Shown in pieces: positions 36,603-46,418 of a DNA stretch of 64,000 bases (positions within the stretch are counted from its first letter, which is position 1; every line of letters begins with the position of its first letter). The notes below the pieces were generated by a model that saw only the letters and a list, made by a program, of their open reading frames with translations, searched no databases and was not told the DNA's origin. Location of the stretch: the sequence record NC_042013.1. The stretch is one strand, 5' to 3'. Made by a program: the position numbers and the translations under genes.

Positions 36603-38209
36603 TGAAATGGTTTAAGAATAAAAAAGATATTAAGAACAAAGAACTCGATGAAAAAATAAAATCGAGTACGAGTCAGCTTGTCGAAGCCGCCAACATTACT
36701 ATTAGTCTGGCAGAAGAAATTACGGATGCTTTAAAAAATAGTATTGAAGATTCTTATAAAGAATTAAGTGCTACTGTTGAAATCATACCAGACGCTATTT
36801 TTATTGTACGTCGCTCAGGTATCATTGAAAGTGCTAACTCCCAAGCAAAAAACTTATTTGGGATAGAGGAACTTCTGCCTGAAACTTCCATTTTCGATTT
36901 TATAAGCTTTAATAGTACCAAGATTAGAAATACCGAAGAATTAGAAAAAATATCTACGGTTATTAATGAAAAATTAACATTTTCATCTGATACCGATGTT
37001 CACAATATTCGTGGTAAAACCATTGATGGTAAAACTATTACGTTGAAAGTAAAAGTTAACTATTTCAAAAAATCTGATAAAATTGTCAGATATGTTGTCT
37101 TAATGGAAAATATAACGGATCGAATTGAACAAGAAAAACGATTCGTTACTCTTTATAATTATAACAATGGAATAATATCAGCTATACCACAAACATTGAT
37201 TACCGTCGACATGGCAGGGGTTATAAAAAGCATTCATAATAAAGGATCATTTATCGATATCTCTTTTATGGATAAGAACATAACAGATGCATTTGATGAA
37301 ATATTAGTAAAACAATTTCGTCATTTCAAAAAGAATCCGATGGTTTATAATAATTCACAAATACACTTTACTAAAATAATAGATGGAATCGAGAAAAACT
37401 ATACATCTAAAATTTTGGAATGTCAGTCCGAAGCCTTATTTGTTATTTCAGATATTTCGGAGATTGTAGAAACAAAAAGAGAACTAGATCAAACCGAAGA
37501 TTATTTCCGCGCTTTTGAAAAAGCATCATCAGAGGCGATGTTCATTCATATTGACGATCAATTGATTCGATGGAATGATAATATGAGAAATCTTTTTGGT
37601 TATAGTGACGAAGATATGGAAACTCTTAGACCTGTTGATTTTATTACACCTCTTGACCGTGCTAAATATTTGTCAAATATTTCTGATGATGAAAATAAAT
37701 CATATGAAATATTAATGGTCAATAAAAAAGGTGATTCTATTGAAGCTTCAGTTACTGATAACATCATTACTTGGAATGATAAAAAAGCACATATCAAAGT
37801 TATTAGAGATATTAGCGATCTTACCAACGTGAAGAAAATGCAAACGGTTAGCCGCGAGCGCTATGCGACTATTATGAATAACACTATTGACTTGGTATTC
37901 AGTCTTAGTGAAAAATTTGAATTGAAATTTTCAAACGTTACTTTTGATCAATTTGTTGGTGAAGGAAAAGTACATTCTGTTATTGATTTTATTGATAGCC
38001 GTGATTTGGCACGTTTCATCGGTGATTTCAGTAACCTTAAAGACCCATCAACCGCTATACGTATCCTAACACGTATTAACAGAACCGGTATCGTTCGTCA
38101 TATTGATATTATTGCAAATCGCATACATGATGCTGAAGGAAACTTCGTTGAGTATCAGTGTGTTGGACGTGACGTTACATATTATATTGCAAAATCTTCC
38201 AAAGAATAA
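36599..38209 (+). CDS. Multi-PAS-domain protein with no output domain
   Basis: Four PAS/PAC-like units: IIPDAIFIV..ANSQAKNLFG; AIPQTLITVD; SSEAMFIH..WNDNMRNLFGY..IRDISD; NTIDLVFSL..VGRDVT. Confidence 0.82.
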   Translation: MMKWFKNKKDIKNKELDEKIKSSTSQLVEAANITISLAEEITDALKNSIEDSYKELSATVEIIPDAIFIVRRSGIIESANSQAKNLFGIEELLPETSIFDFISFNSTKIRNTEELEKISTVINEKLTFSSDTDVHNIRGKTIDGKTITLKVKVNYFKKSDKIVRYVVLMENITDRIEQEKRFVTLYNYNNGIISAIPQTLITVDMAGVIKSIHNKGSFIDISFMDKNITDAFDEILVKQFRHFKKNPMVYNNSQIHFTKIIDGIEKNYTSKILECQSEALFVISDISEIVETKRELDQTEDYFRAFEKASSEAMFIHIDDQLIRWNDNMRNLFGYSDEDMETLRPVDFITPLDRAKYLSNISDDENKSYEILMVNKKGDSIEASVTDNIITWNDKKAHIKVIRDISDLTNVKKMQTVSRERYATIMNNTIDLVFSLSEKFELKFSNVTFDQFVGEGKVHSVIDFIDSRDLARFIGDFSNLKDPSTAIRILTRINRTGIVRHIDIIANRIHDAEGNFVEYQCVGRDVTYYIAKSSKE

Positions 38210-38232
38210 TTCATATATTTTTTAATTACTAG

Positions 38233-38267
38233 AAAGAGAAAAGCCGGATATCGCTATGATATCCGGC
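38233..38267 (-). terminator. Rho-independent terminator
   Basis: GCCGGATATC-5 nt-GATATCCGGC stem followed by TTTTCTCTTTC on the minus strand. Confidence 0.8.
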
Positions 38268-38297
38268 CATCCCTTGTTTACTGTATCCGAGGAAGGA

Positions 38298-38705
38298 TTA
38301 CAGAGAAACGTTTAGCGTAACAGAAACGTTGTTGTCAGCAGTGTCAGCGATGTCATAAACAAAGCCTTCGATGCCGTTAAGTGATTCGCCAAGGGTAGGT
38401 GAGGAATCAGTGATTTCCCAAGCGCCCTTGTGGTTGATTGCGAACTTAAGCGTGTAAACGTCAACTGCACCTGAAGCAGAAGGAATGTCAGCAGGATCAG
38501 TTTCTTCAGCAACGGTAACAGCTTCAAGAATGATTGGCTGTGCGCGTGTAGAAATGGTCTGAACGAGCTTGTCAAGACGCTTCTGTGATTCTTCGGTGAT
38601 AACGCCTGTTGCGCGGATATCGAGGGTTGTGCGGATTGTGTAAACGTCAAAACCACCACCAACGAACTGGCCAGCGCCTACCATACCATGTACTTTTTCT
38701 ACCAT
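38298..38705 (-). CDS. Probable abundant small virion protein
   Basis: Own ATAAATA (38743-38749), AGGAG RBS and terminator; codon usage appears biased to C/T-ending codons. Confidence 0.7.
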   Translation of the reverse strand: MVEKVHGMVGAGQFVGGGFDVYTIRTTLDIRATGVITEESQKRLDKLVQTISTRAQPIILEAVTVAEETDPADIPSASGAVDVYTLKFAINHKGAWEITDSSPTLGESLNGIEGFVYDIADTADNNVSVTLNVSL

Positions 38706-38817
38706 AATTAAAAACTCCTAAAGAGAATTGTTTCGTTATAATTATTTATCATATTACAACGTTGATAAAACTCATATTAGGGTATTTTGTTAATTTTTTC
38801 AATATTAATGATAAATT

Positions 38818-38925
38818 TTAATCTTTTCTTGGAAAGAAAGCACGATAGGTGCAGAACAAAAACATTGCAATCAACGGAGAGGTTACCGCCAAACCAATCA
38901 ATAGTCTAATAGCATCAGAAGTCAT
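38818..38925 (-). CDS. 35-aa membrane peptide (absent from ORF track)
   Basis: MTSDAIRLLIGLAVTSPLIAMFLFCTYRAFFPRKD; ATGA overlap with the upstream stop. Confidence 0.55.
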   Translation of the reverse strand: MTSDAIRLLIGLAVTSPLIAMFLFCTYRAFFPRKD

Positions 38926-39170
38926 GTTTTCCCTTTCGCAAGTCTAACAAATTCTTGTTCCGTTATGAAATCGCGTCCTTTGTGCCATCGTTTAAAGCCA
39001 CTTGGACTATCGAAAACTGGCCCATTTGGATTTTCATAAAAATCAAACCTGATCCATTCATATTCACCATTTTTCCAAATGACTGCTGGTCCATCCTCGC
39101 GATGGTATAAGCCACTTTCAAGAATAGTGTATATGAATGAATCGTGGTCTTCTTCGCATATAATTTTCAT
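38922..39170 (-). CDS. HREDGPA-motif protein
   Basis: GLYHREDGPAVIW..NGP..PSGFK..ITEQE; similar to 63429-63851. Confidence 0.7.
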   Translation of the reverse strand: MKIICEEDHDSFIYTILESGLYHREDGPAVIWKNGEYEWIRFDFYENPNGPVFDSPSGFKRWHKGRDFITEQEFVRLAKGKT

Positions 39171-39427
39171 GCAATGCCTAAATGCTGTTCATATGAAGAA
39201 TAACCAGCAACAAAGCAATGATACAGCGTATACACGTCATTCTGAATGAAATTCGCTGTCGGGTCAAGCTTGACAATGGTATTCATATAGGTCTGAATTT
39301 CTTCCGGCGTGAAATGAAATTCATAAAGGAGACCATTTGTATTGGCAGGAATTACGTCAAAACCCGTTTTGACATACAGAAAATCAATCTGCGTCTTTGT
39401 GAGGTATACGGACCAAATCGTGCTCAT
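39167..39427 (-). CDS. Hypothetical early protein
   Basis: AAGGAG RBS; behind promoter copy 39445-39487. Confidence 0.72.
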   Translation of the reverse strand: MSTIWSVYLTKTQIDFLYVKTGFDVIPANTNGLLYEFHFTPEEIQTYMNTIVKLDPTANFIQNDVYTLYHCFVAGYSSYEQHLGIA

Positions 39428-39444
39428 TTAAAATCTCCTTCATG

Positions 39445-39487
39445 CGTTTCGATGTTTTTGTTATACACGAAGGAGAAATAATGTCAA
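39445..39487 (-). promoter_or_regulatory. Diverged copy of early promoter
   Basis: TTGACA-N16-TATAAC...CATCGAAACG; left arm of the inverted repeat lost. Confidence 0.72.
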
Positions 39488-41820
39488 GAATTTTTCTTAC
39501 GTTTCTTTGCGAACTCGTAAATACCCCAATCGCCATCTGGATCAAAGCCTACACCAAGACCGCCTACATTTCCATTTGTTGTAGCAACGTTACCTGCTCC
39601 GGTTGATCCAGCGGAGGACGTTTCAGTAATAGGCACTTTTTTTAGTCTAAAGAAAACAGAACGTGGTAGATTATTCTCTTGTAATTCGTATCCTAAATCT
39701 TTAAATTCAGCCGCAAGTTTTTTACCCATTGCTGAATATAGTTTTGCAAGTCCATTAGATTTATCGCCTACAAAAAACAACATGTCAGGCTTGTTATCAA
39801 CGATGTATTTTTTAATGCGATTTTTAACAATTCCTAATACTTTGGGAGCATCTTTTAATAATGTATTGGATGGTTTAAATGACGAACCTTGTTTGTCATC
39901 ATCTGGATTAACGAACCCATAATCAACTTCTACATATCGTGGTGATGGCGTGAAACGAAGGAAATAATCAATTCCATTAAACGTGAAATTACCCTCGTCG
40001 TGTTGTATAGTACCACCACCGGGGTCTTTGCGTTTCCCTTGTTTAAGATCAATATCTACTGACGTATCAAATAATTCGTTTAGATTATTAGTAAAATGAT
40101 AAAAACGTTCCCCGTGCTTATCAACAATATCAAGCTTCAAATTTAGTTTTGCCGCAAGTCTTTTTGAAAGAGCATCATATAACTTAACACGTGAATAATC
40201 GTCTAAATTCGCCGCAAATTTATATGGAGGAGTGAATTTTGATTTAATGATATTGTATACAGCAGAAAATACCTTGACTGAATTATTCCACAGGTTCTTT
40301 TTATCAAAATTTTTATTGGAATCATCTCCAGCCAAACTGAATAAGATTTCATCCCCTGCAATCAGACGAATATTGTACGTAATACCATCAACAGTGAAAT
40401 CATATCCGCGTGTAGCGATAGTTGTTTCAACTTCTGTATCAAATAATTCGGTCAAATTCTTTTGACTATTAATCCATTTTGACGCCGCAGGTGATTTGCT
40501 TGGCGAATTAATAAACGAATCTATACGTTTCGCTACTCCATTCAAATCTAATTTCGTATTGCTACTATCAACAATGAATAGATTGTTTCCAAAATAGTTC
40601 TGAAAACGGCCAAGGTTGGCCTGTGTTTGCTTCCATATCGTTTCAACAACATCAGGTGCAACTGTTCTTGAACGCTTGCTATTGCGTTCTATGGCCGTTT
40701 CCATATCGGTGTTGACGAATAACAAACCGGTATCATATCCTAACTTTTTAAGGTCGTTTGATAAGGTAATGATTTTATCATAATTACGACCGGTTCCGTC
40801 AATGACAAGAGGGAGTCTTCCATCAAGGTATAAATCCAATTGAGATTTATTAAGACTATGAGCTTTTGATTTAACGTTCCTATCCCAAGAATCCATGTTT
40901 TTAAGATCAAGGTCATTCTTTGAGGCAAGAAATTCTATAAATCGATCAACGTTTACCTCTTTGAAACCCTTGTGCGCCAAAAGTTTTTTAGAAATGGTTG
41001 TTTTACCAGAACCGGGACCACCGGCAGTAAAAATAGCCTTAAAAATGTGCTTGTCATTTACACCCTCGGTAACCTCGGATGTATTGGAAAACATTGGAAC
41101 GATTTCTTTCAAATACGTGTCCGATTTAATAAACAACACGTTCCCGCTCATCCACACTTCACGATTATCAGGTATACTTGCGACGTCATTAGTTATCGTG
41201 AAACCGTTTTTAGAAGGCTCCATAAAATCTGCATATGCTTTCCATAGATTATCGCCGCGTCTGAATCCAATATAGTCGATGTCATATGGAATTTTGATAT
41301 TTTGGTGCGTTACTAATGATTTGCTTATTTTATCCAAATCGTCTTTAAGTGCACTGCTGTTAGACGAGCTAAGCGGTATACCTGTCTCTCGTGATAGATC
41401 ATAAAGAGCGCTATTAATGTCAGCAGGGCTTGGATCACCAAAGGATTCCCAAAAATCAATTTCAGAACATACACCAATTGACTGATGTTCTAAAGGAATT
41501 ACTACATATAAAGAGCCATATCCAATAGACCTATTCAATGAGGTTGAACATATAAAGGACTTAGAACGTTTAGGATAATTACTCCACGCCGGATCGGCAT
41601 CAACAATTAATGTATAATAATTTTCGGTGTTGGCAGAACGACGACTAATCTCATTACCCGTTCCAAGTACGTATGCTCCGGTATCTTTCATACCACGATA
41701 TATAGGATTATCTCCACGAGTCTCCACATATGATTTGATAACGTCATGGTATTTCTTTAAAACACCATTACCATCAACAACGTCATAACCTGTTGCTTCG
41801 TTAAGATCATTCCATTTCAT
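39484..41820 (-). CDS. Array gene 1: ART-like (type A) + P-loop kinase + two Alt-N-like modules (polyprotein-like)
   Basis: MKWNDLNE; PIYRG, FICSTS, NREVW; AGGPGSGKT and LVIDGTG; linkers VTEG, LTELFDT, LNELFDT, ITET. Confidence 0.75.
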   Translation of the reverse strand: MKWNDLNEATGYDVVDGNGVLKKYHDVIKSYVETRGDNPIYRGMKDTGAYVLGTGNEISRRSANTENYYTLIVDADPAWSNYPKRSKSFICSTSLNRSIGYGSLYVVIPLEHQSIGVCSEIDFWESFGDPSPADINSALYDLSRETGIPLSSSNSSALKDDLDKISKSLVTHQNIKIPYDIDYIGFRRGDNLWKAYADFMEPSKNGFTITNDVASIPDNREVWMSGNVLFIKSDTYLKEIVPMFSNTSEVTEGVNDKHIFKAIFTAGGPGSGKTTISKKLLAHKGFKEVNVDRFIEFLASKNDLDLKNMDSWDRNVKSKAHSLNKSQLDLYLDGRLPLVIDGTGRNYDKIITLSNDLKKLGYDTGLLFVNTDMETAIERNSKRSRTVAPDVVETIWKQTQANLGRFQNYFGNNLFIVDSSNTKLDLNGVAKRIDSFINSPSKSPAASKWINSQKNLTELFDTEVETTIATRGYDFTVDGITYNIRLIAGDEILFSLAGDDSNKNFDKKNLWNNSVKVFSAVYNIIKSKFTPPYKFAANLDDYSRVKLYDALSKRLAAKLNLKLDIVDKHGERFYHFTNNLNELFDTSVDIDLKQGKRKDPGGGTIQHDEGNFTFNGIDYFLRFTPSPRYVEVDYGFVNPDDDKQGSSFKPSNTLLKDAPKVLGIVKNRIKKYIVDNKPDMLFFVGDKSNGLAKLYSAMGKKLAAEFKDLGYELQENNLPRSVFFRLKKVPITETSSAGSTGAGNVATTNGNVGGLGVGFDPDGDWGIYEFAKKRKKNS

Positions 41821-41840
41821 ATCAAAAATCCCTTTATGAA

Positions 41841-41847
41841 TATTTAT
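41841..41847 (-). promoter_or_regulatory. Putative late promoter (ATAAATA) for array gene 1
   Basis: Overlaps the stop of array gene 2, about 20 nt before ATG 41820. Confidence 0.45.
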
Positions 41848-43316
41848 TTGATAAGATCATTAAGATATTTCTGATCAAACACAAGTAGTTTACCGGAAAC
41901 CCATACTTCCTTATCAACCGGGATATTGGTTTTTTTAGTCAATTCAAACCCGTTACGTTCAGGGTTAATGTAGTTGACGTACCAGTCGAAAATGTTCTGG
42001 TCGGAGGGAATACTAAGTTCTGAATATAATTCGTTTACTGCCGGGTTATCGCGGTAGCTAGACAACGTAATAAAATCATCTTTCATTTTTTCAAAATCAG
42101 TTTCACTGATTTTTATACCTACGTCATTTGCGGCAGCGAATATCATATTGTTAATCATGTCGATTGGGTTGCCATTAATTTCAGCAAACGATGCCCATAT
42201 ATCACCTTCAGGGCATACACCAAAATCTTGATTTTCAAGTGGAACAACTACATATGTTTCACCAGCCGATTCAGCATAATATTCAACAACATCCAACGAT
42301 GATCCGCATATCAATGATTGTGAGCGTTTAGGATATGCTGACCATTCTGGAAGATTATCGATCATTAATGTATAATAATTCCGACCATTACGGCTTTTTC
42401 TTTTTATATCACCGGTATTAAAAATGGTGTAACCGTTCTCTTGCGGTTTCATACCACGATATATAACTGGACCATTTTCTACAATCTTCTTAATTTTTTC
42501 TTTGTTTTTAGTCAAAAAATCTGGAACATTGTCTAACGGTTGTGGTGATGTATTATTCCATTCGGAGCGAATCTTTAAAAATACAGCAGCATCAAGTGCA
42601 ACATACTTTCCACCTGAAATCATTATTTCGTTTTTAGAACGAATAGCTTCCTCGAGATTAGTTGTTTTGTATAGTTCATTGATCTTCTTTGCAAGATGTT
42701 CTTTATCAAACGCCAACCTACTTAGAACAGACGTAATTTTGTTTTCAGGTATCTTGTTTAGCCAACCCAATATTGATGATGCAGTTGAAATCAATTTTTT
42801 ATTAATTTCTTTTAGCGAGAATTTCTCTGGTAGTTCTTGTAATTTGTTATTATTAAACCATGAAAGGTCGTCATGGGTAAGAACTTTTTTGTTGTCGTTT
42901 TTAAACTTTATGAATCCATTCGAGTATAAGTATGTTTTAAAGTTATAAAGATCACGAATAGATGGTGAATACGAGAATGAAAAATCGCCAATGGGAAAAA
43001 TAACATATACTGACCCATAACGAGTTGCGTCTCCAAGATCACCGGTACAAAAAATACTATTATCTCGATTCGACTCTATGCCAGCGGCTTTAAACCCCTC
43101 AATGAAAACATTATGGTAGAACGGAGATGAATCTACCGATTGTCTATCAGTACGGATATTCTTTATCAAATACTCAGAATCTTCGCGCATACCTCTATAT
43201 AGAGGTAGTTTTAGAAAATTTGGATTTTCAGACAAATACTTTTTGCAATGTGTATTGATATATTCTATGATGTTTGAAACATCTAAGTCGTTTTCATTAA
43301 GCTGTTCCCAACGCAT
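41844..43316 (-). CDS. Array gene 2: tandem ART-like domains (type B + type A)
   Basis: ATG 43316 MRWEQLNE; PLYRG/IFCTG/NEIMI then VIYRG/LICGSS/KEVW. Confidence 0.72.
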   Translation of the reverse strand: MRWEQLNENDLDVSNIIEYINTHCKKYLSENPNFLKLPLYRGMREDSEYLIKNIRTDRQSVDSSPFYHNVFIEGFKAAGIESNRDNSIFCTGDLGDATRYGSVYVIFPIGDFSFSYSPSIRDLYNFKTYLYSNGFIKFKNDNKKVLTHDDLSWFNNNKLQELPEKFSLKEINKKLISTASSILGWLNKIPENKITSVLSRLAFDKEHLAKKINELYKTTNLEEAIRSKNEIMISGGKYVALDAAVFLKIRSEWNNTSPQPLDNVPDFLTKNKEKIKKIVENGPVIYRGMKPQENGYTIFNTGDIKRKSRNGRNYYTLMIDNLPEWSAYPKRSQSLICGSSLDVVEYYAESAGETYVVVPLENQDFGVCPEGDIWASFAEINGNPIDMINNMIFAAANDVGIKISETDFEKMKDDFITLSSYRDNPAVNELYSELSIPSDQNIFDWYVNYINPERNGFELTKKTNIPVDKEVWVSGKLLVFDQKYLNDLIK

Positions 43317-43317
43317 A

Positions 43318-44088
43318 TCAAATTCCCTCAATATCAAGTAATGCAGTGTCTTTTAAAAATAGTACGTTACCAGAAACCCATACCTCATTATCATTAAAAT
43401 CAGAAGGCACTTCGCTATTAAGTAAGAAATTATTAGTGGTTGGATCAAGTAATTTGGAAATCCATTCGAACGTTTTGCCGGGATAATCCATCATTGAAGT
43501 TCCGAGCCAACGATATTCCTCTGAGAAATATTCTTTGTAAGTATCGTCGCCTTTTTTCTGTTTATCAATAAACGAAAATGTTTGCTTTAATGCGGTTGGT
43601 GAAAGTGTCCAAGGTGAATCGTACTTATCCCCTATACCTTTCATTAATGTATATGCGTCGGCTAACATATGAGCAAATGAATTGATTGATTGCCCACCAG
43701 ATTCGATTGTGAAATTAAAAGATACCCAAAAGTCCGACGCTTGACAAATACCATACTGTTGACCCTCTAATGGTATAACGTGATATATTTCGCCATATTT
43801 TCTTGCTTTGGCAACTGATGTAGTGCATATAAATGATAACAAACGATCAGGATATGCGTCCCAAGACGGTAACATTTGATCGATAATAGTATTAGGGTAT
43901 GAAAATGTATTAGCGGATTCGCGTCGTTTTTTTGGATTACCGACAATCAATGGTCCAGTATCTCTCATACCACGATAAACAAAGCGCCCTTTATTAACGT
44001 AGGATCGAATTATATCGTGATATTCGGTTGGGATATTTTCAAAATTACTATACCAATCTGATTTTTCAGTAAGTTGTTCCCAACGCAT
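43318..44088 (-). CDS. Array gene 3: ART-like, type A
   Basis: MRWEQLTE; VYRG, FICTTS, NEVW. Confidence 0.72.
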   Translation of the reverse strand: MRWEQLTEKSDWYSNFENIPTEYHDIIRSYVNKGRFVYRGMRDTGPLIVGNPKKRRESANTFSYPNTIIDQMLPSWDAYPDRLLSFICTTSVAKARKYGEIYHVIPLEGQQYGICQASDFWVSFNFTIESGGQSINSFAHMLADAYTLMKGIGDKYDSPWTLSPTALKQTFSFIDKQKKGDDTYKEYFSEEYRWLGTSMMDYPGKTFEWISKLLDPTTNNFLLNSEVPSDFNDNEVWVSGNVLFLKDTALLDIEGI

Positions 44089-44089
44089 A

Positions 44090-44884
44090 TCAAGTATCCT
44101 TTTTAGAATATTTATTATTCATAAGGTCTTGAAATTTATCATTATGAATGAATAATACTCTATCAGATAACCATACTTCGTTTTTTCCAAAATGGGCGGT
44201 ATCTATATTAGTTGTAACTTCGAAACCATTTATGTCTGGATCAAAAAGATACGTTAGACCTTTCCAAACGCCATGTTTTTTGAAATATGCAAACATATCG
44301 TTTACTTGCTTAATATCATACCAATGATCACGGTTTAACGCATCAAATTCTTCTTGTGATGTGTTTTTCACATACGTTTCAAGCATATCCATAACTGATG
44401 AAACGGTTTTTGGATTTTCAGGAAGGTATTGGTCTATTGTATTTCTTAGTAATTCTTGTAAAACTTGATTGAACATGTTTAAAGAACGTAAACCAATTTC
44501 GTTGATGCTTTTGAAACCAAACCAAAAATCCTCGGCAGGGCAAATACCTATTGGCTGTAAATCCAATGGGATAACAACATATAATCGTCCATAACCAAAT
44601 GCTACCGTTGAATCTGTTGTGCATATAAATGATTTAGATCGCTTAGGATATGGTTTCCATTGTGGTAAAAAGTTATCTATAAGCGTGGTATAGAAATTAT
44701 ACGTGTTTTTTGATTTGCGTTCTCCTGTAGAACCATTACCGATTATATATGGGGACGTTCCTTTCATTCCACGATAGATGTAATTACCTGATGCGATATA
44801 ATCATCAATGATCGTTTTGTATTTTTCAGGGATTTCGTCTATATTCGTATATGAGAGTGACTCGGTAAGTTGTTCCCAACGCAT
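44090..44884 (-). CDS. Array gene 4: ART-like, type A
   Basis: MRWEQLTE; IYRG, FICTTD, NEVW. Confidence 0.72.
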   Translation of the reverse strand: MRWEQLTESLSYTNIDEIPEKYKTIIDDYIASGNYIYRGMKGTSPYIIGNGSTGERKSKNTYNFYTTLIDNFLPQWKPYPKRSKSFICTTDSTVAFGYGRLYVVIPLDLQPIGICPAEDFWFGFKSINEIGLRSLNMFNQVLQELLRNTIDQYLPENPKTVSSVMDMLETYVKNTSQEEFDALNRDHWYDIKQVNDMFAYFKKHGVWKGLTYLFDPDINGFEVTTNIDTAHFGKNEVWLSDRVLFIHNDKFQDLMNNKYSKKDT

Positions 44885-45663
44885 TATTTGGTTTCCTTAT
44901 GGTAACGTTTTAACTCGGTGTATCTTTCAAACGGTATAGCCAAATATTTATCACCGGTTATCATAATTTCATTACCGGATACAATCGCTTTTACTAAGTC
45001 GGTTGTTTGGTATTCTTTTACTATTTCACTAAAATTAGTGTCTATTCTTATAAGATTTAATTTTGAAAAATAATAACTTATTGATTTTGGAACATTATCT
45101 GGATACAACTTTATCAAATCATTAGTAGAAATATGACCAGAAAGTTTTTCTAATCCTCTATTTTCAGCACGGGCATCTATTGATATTCGAATCGATTCTG
45201 GAAATTCATCAACATTCAATGTTTTGTTATCGGATGGCACAAATTTAGATGCATCAGTTTGGTTATATAATGCAACAGTTAAGTCCCTTATTTCAGGACT
45301 CCACGTATATTCAAAATTTCCCATAGGATAAACAACGTGAACCTCGCCATATTCCTCCGCGTTGTAAGACTCGCCTATGCAAAACATAGAATTAGATCGT
45401 ATAGCCTTGAAACCTTGAGAAATAAATTCTTCGTCCAGTTCTTTTTGGACTTGTTTCGCCGTATCTTTAGGTAAACGATCTTTTCTAATTGTATTAATTG
45501 ATGCAATTGTACTTGGTGTTTTCATTCCTCGGTATAAACGATTTGTCTCAAAATATGGATTTTCATGAATATATGGTCGACAATGTTCATTAACAAATTT
45601 CAATAGATCGCTATATGTTCGAATAGGCGCTGTAGTGCTTTCTGTCAACTGTTCCCATTTCAT
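44884..45663 (-). CDS. Array gene 5: ART-like, type B
   Basis: ATG 45663 MKWEQLTE; LYRG, MFCIG, NEIMI. Confidence 0.72.
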   Translation of the reverse strand: MKWEQLTESTTAPIRTYSDLLKFVNEHCRPYIHENPYFETNRLYRGMKTPSTIASINTIRKDRLPKDTAKQVQKELDEEFISQGFKAIRSNSMFCIGESYNAEEYGEVHVVYPMGNFEYTWSPEIRDLTVALYNQTDASKFVPSDNKTLNVDEFPESIRISIDARAENRGLEKLSGHISTNDLIKLYPDNVPKSISYYFSKLNLIRIDTNFSEIVKEYQTTDLVKAIVSGNEIMITGDKYLAIPFERYTELKRYHKETK

Positions 45664-46418
45664 AACGCAGTATCCTCGTAATATGCTTTTATTTTTCTCC
45701 ATTCTATCATTTGAATGAATAGAACTTTTCCAGATAACCAAACTTCTCTGTCATCTGGAATGGATGATATATCTGTTGTGATTTTGAAATTATTTTTACG
45801 TGGGTCGATTAGCTTCACATAAAAATCATAAAGACTATCACCAATATTGTAACCCATTTCCTCGAAGTCTTTTACCGCCACCACGTGCGGATCAAGTGGA
45901 ATAGATTTCGATATATCGTTAAGATCATTATGAAATTCGTTATAATTTGTTTGTGAAATTGGTCTTTTTAAATAAAATCTTGCTAAGTCAGATATCATAC
46001 GGTTTATTGCGGACGGGAGATTTACAAATGATTCCCAAAAATCCATTGCGGGGCATACACCAATTTCTTGATTTTCTAATGGAATAACAACATAAGGAAC
46101 ACCGAACGCGGATGCGTAAGAATATTCCGTTGAACATATAAAAGATTTAGAGCGCTTAGGATATTCCTCCCAAGACGGATCATTGTCCATAATCAACGTA
46201 TAGTAATTTTCGGTGTTTTTAGATTGGCGATTCATTTTATTCCCATCACCAAATCCAAAAGGCCCAATAGATTTCATTCCACGATAAATCGTTTGTTTGC
46301 CTTTGGCAATAGGTTCTATGACGGGGCCATACTTTTCAAGTAAGGTTTCAATATCGAAATCACCGACCTCATATGCTTTAGAGGTATCACCTTTTTCGGT
46401 TAACTGTTGCCACTTCAT
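45660..46418 (-). CDS. Array gene 6: ART-like, type A
   Basis: MKWQQLTE; IYRG, FICSTE, REVW. Confidence 0.72.
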   Translation of the reverse strand: MKWQQLTEKGDTSKAYEVGDFDIETLLEKYGPVIEPIAKGKQTIYRGMKSIGPFGFGDGNKMNRQSKNTENYYTLIMDNDPSWEEYPKRSKSFICSTEYSYASAFGVPYVVIPLENQEIGVCPAMDFWESFVNLPSAINRMISDLARFYLKRPISQTNYNEFHNDLNDISKSIPLDPHVVAVKDFEEMGYNIGDSLYDFYVKLIDPRKNNFKITTDISSIPDDREVWLSGKVLFIQMIEWRKIKAYYEDTAL

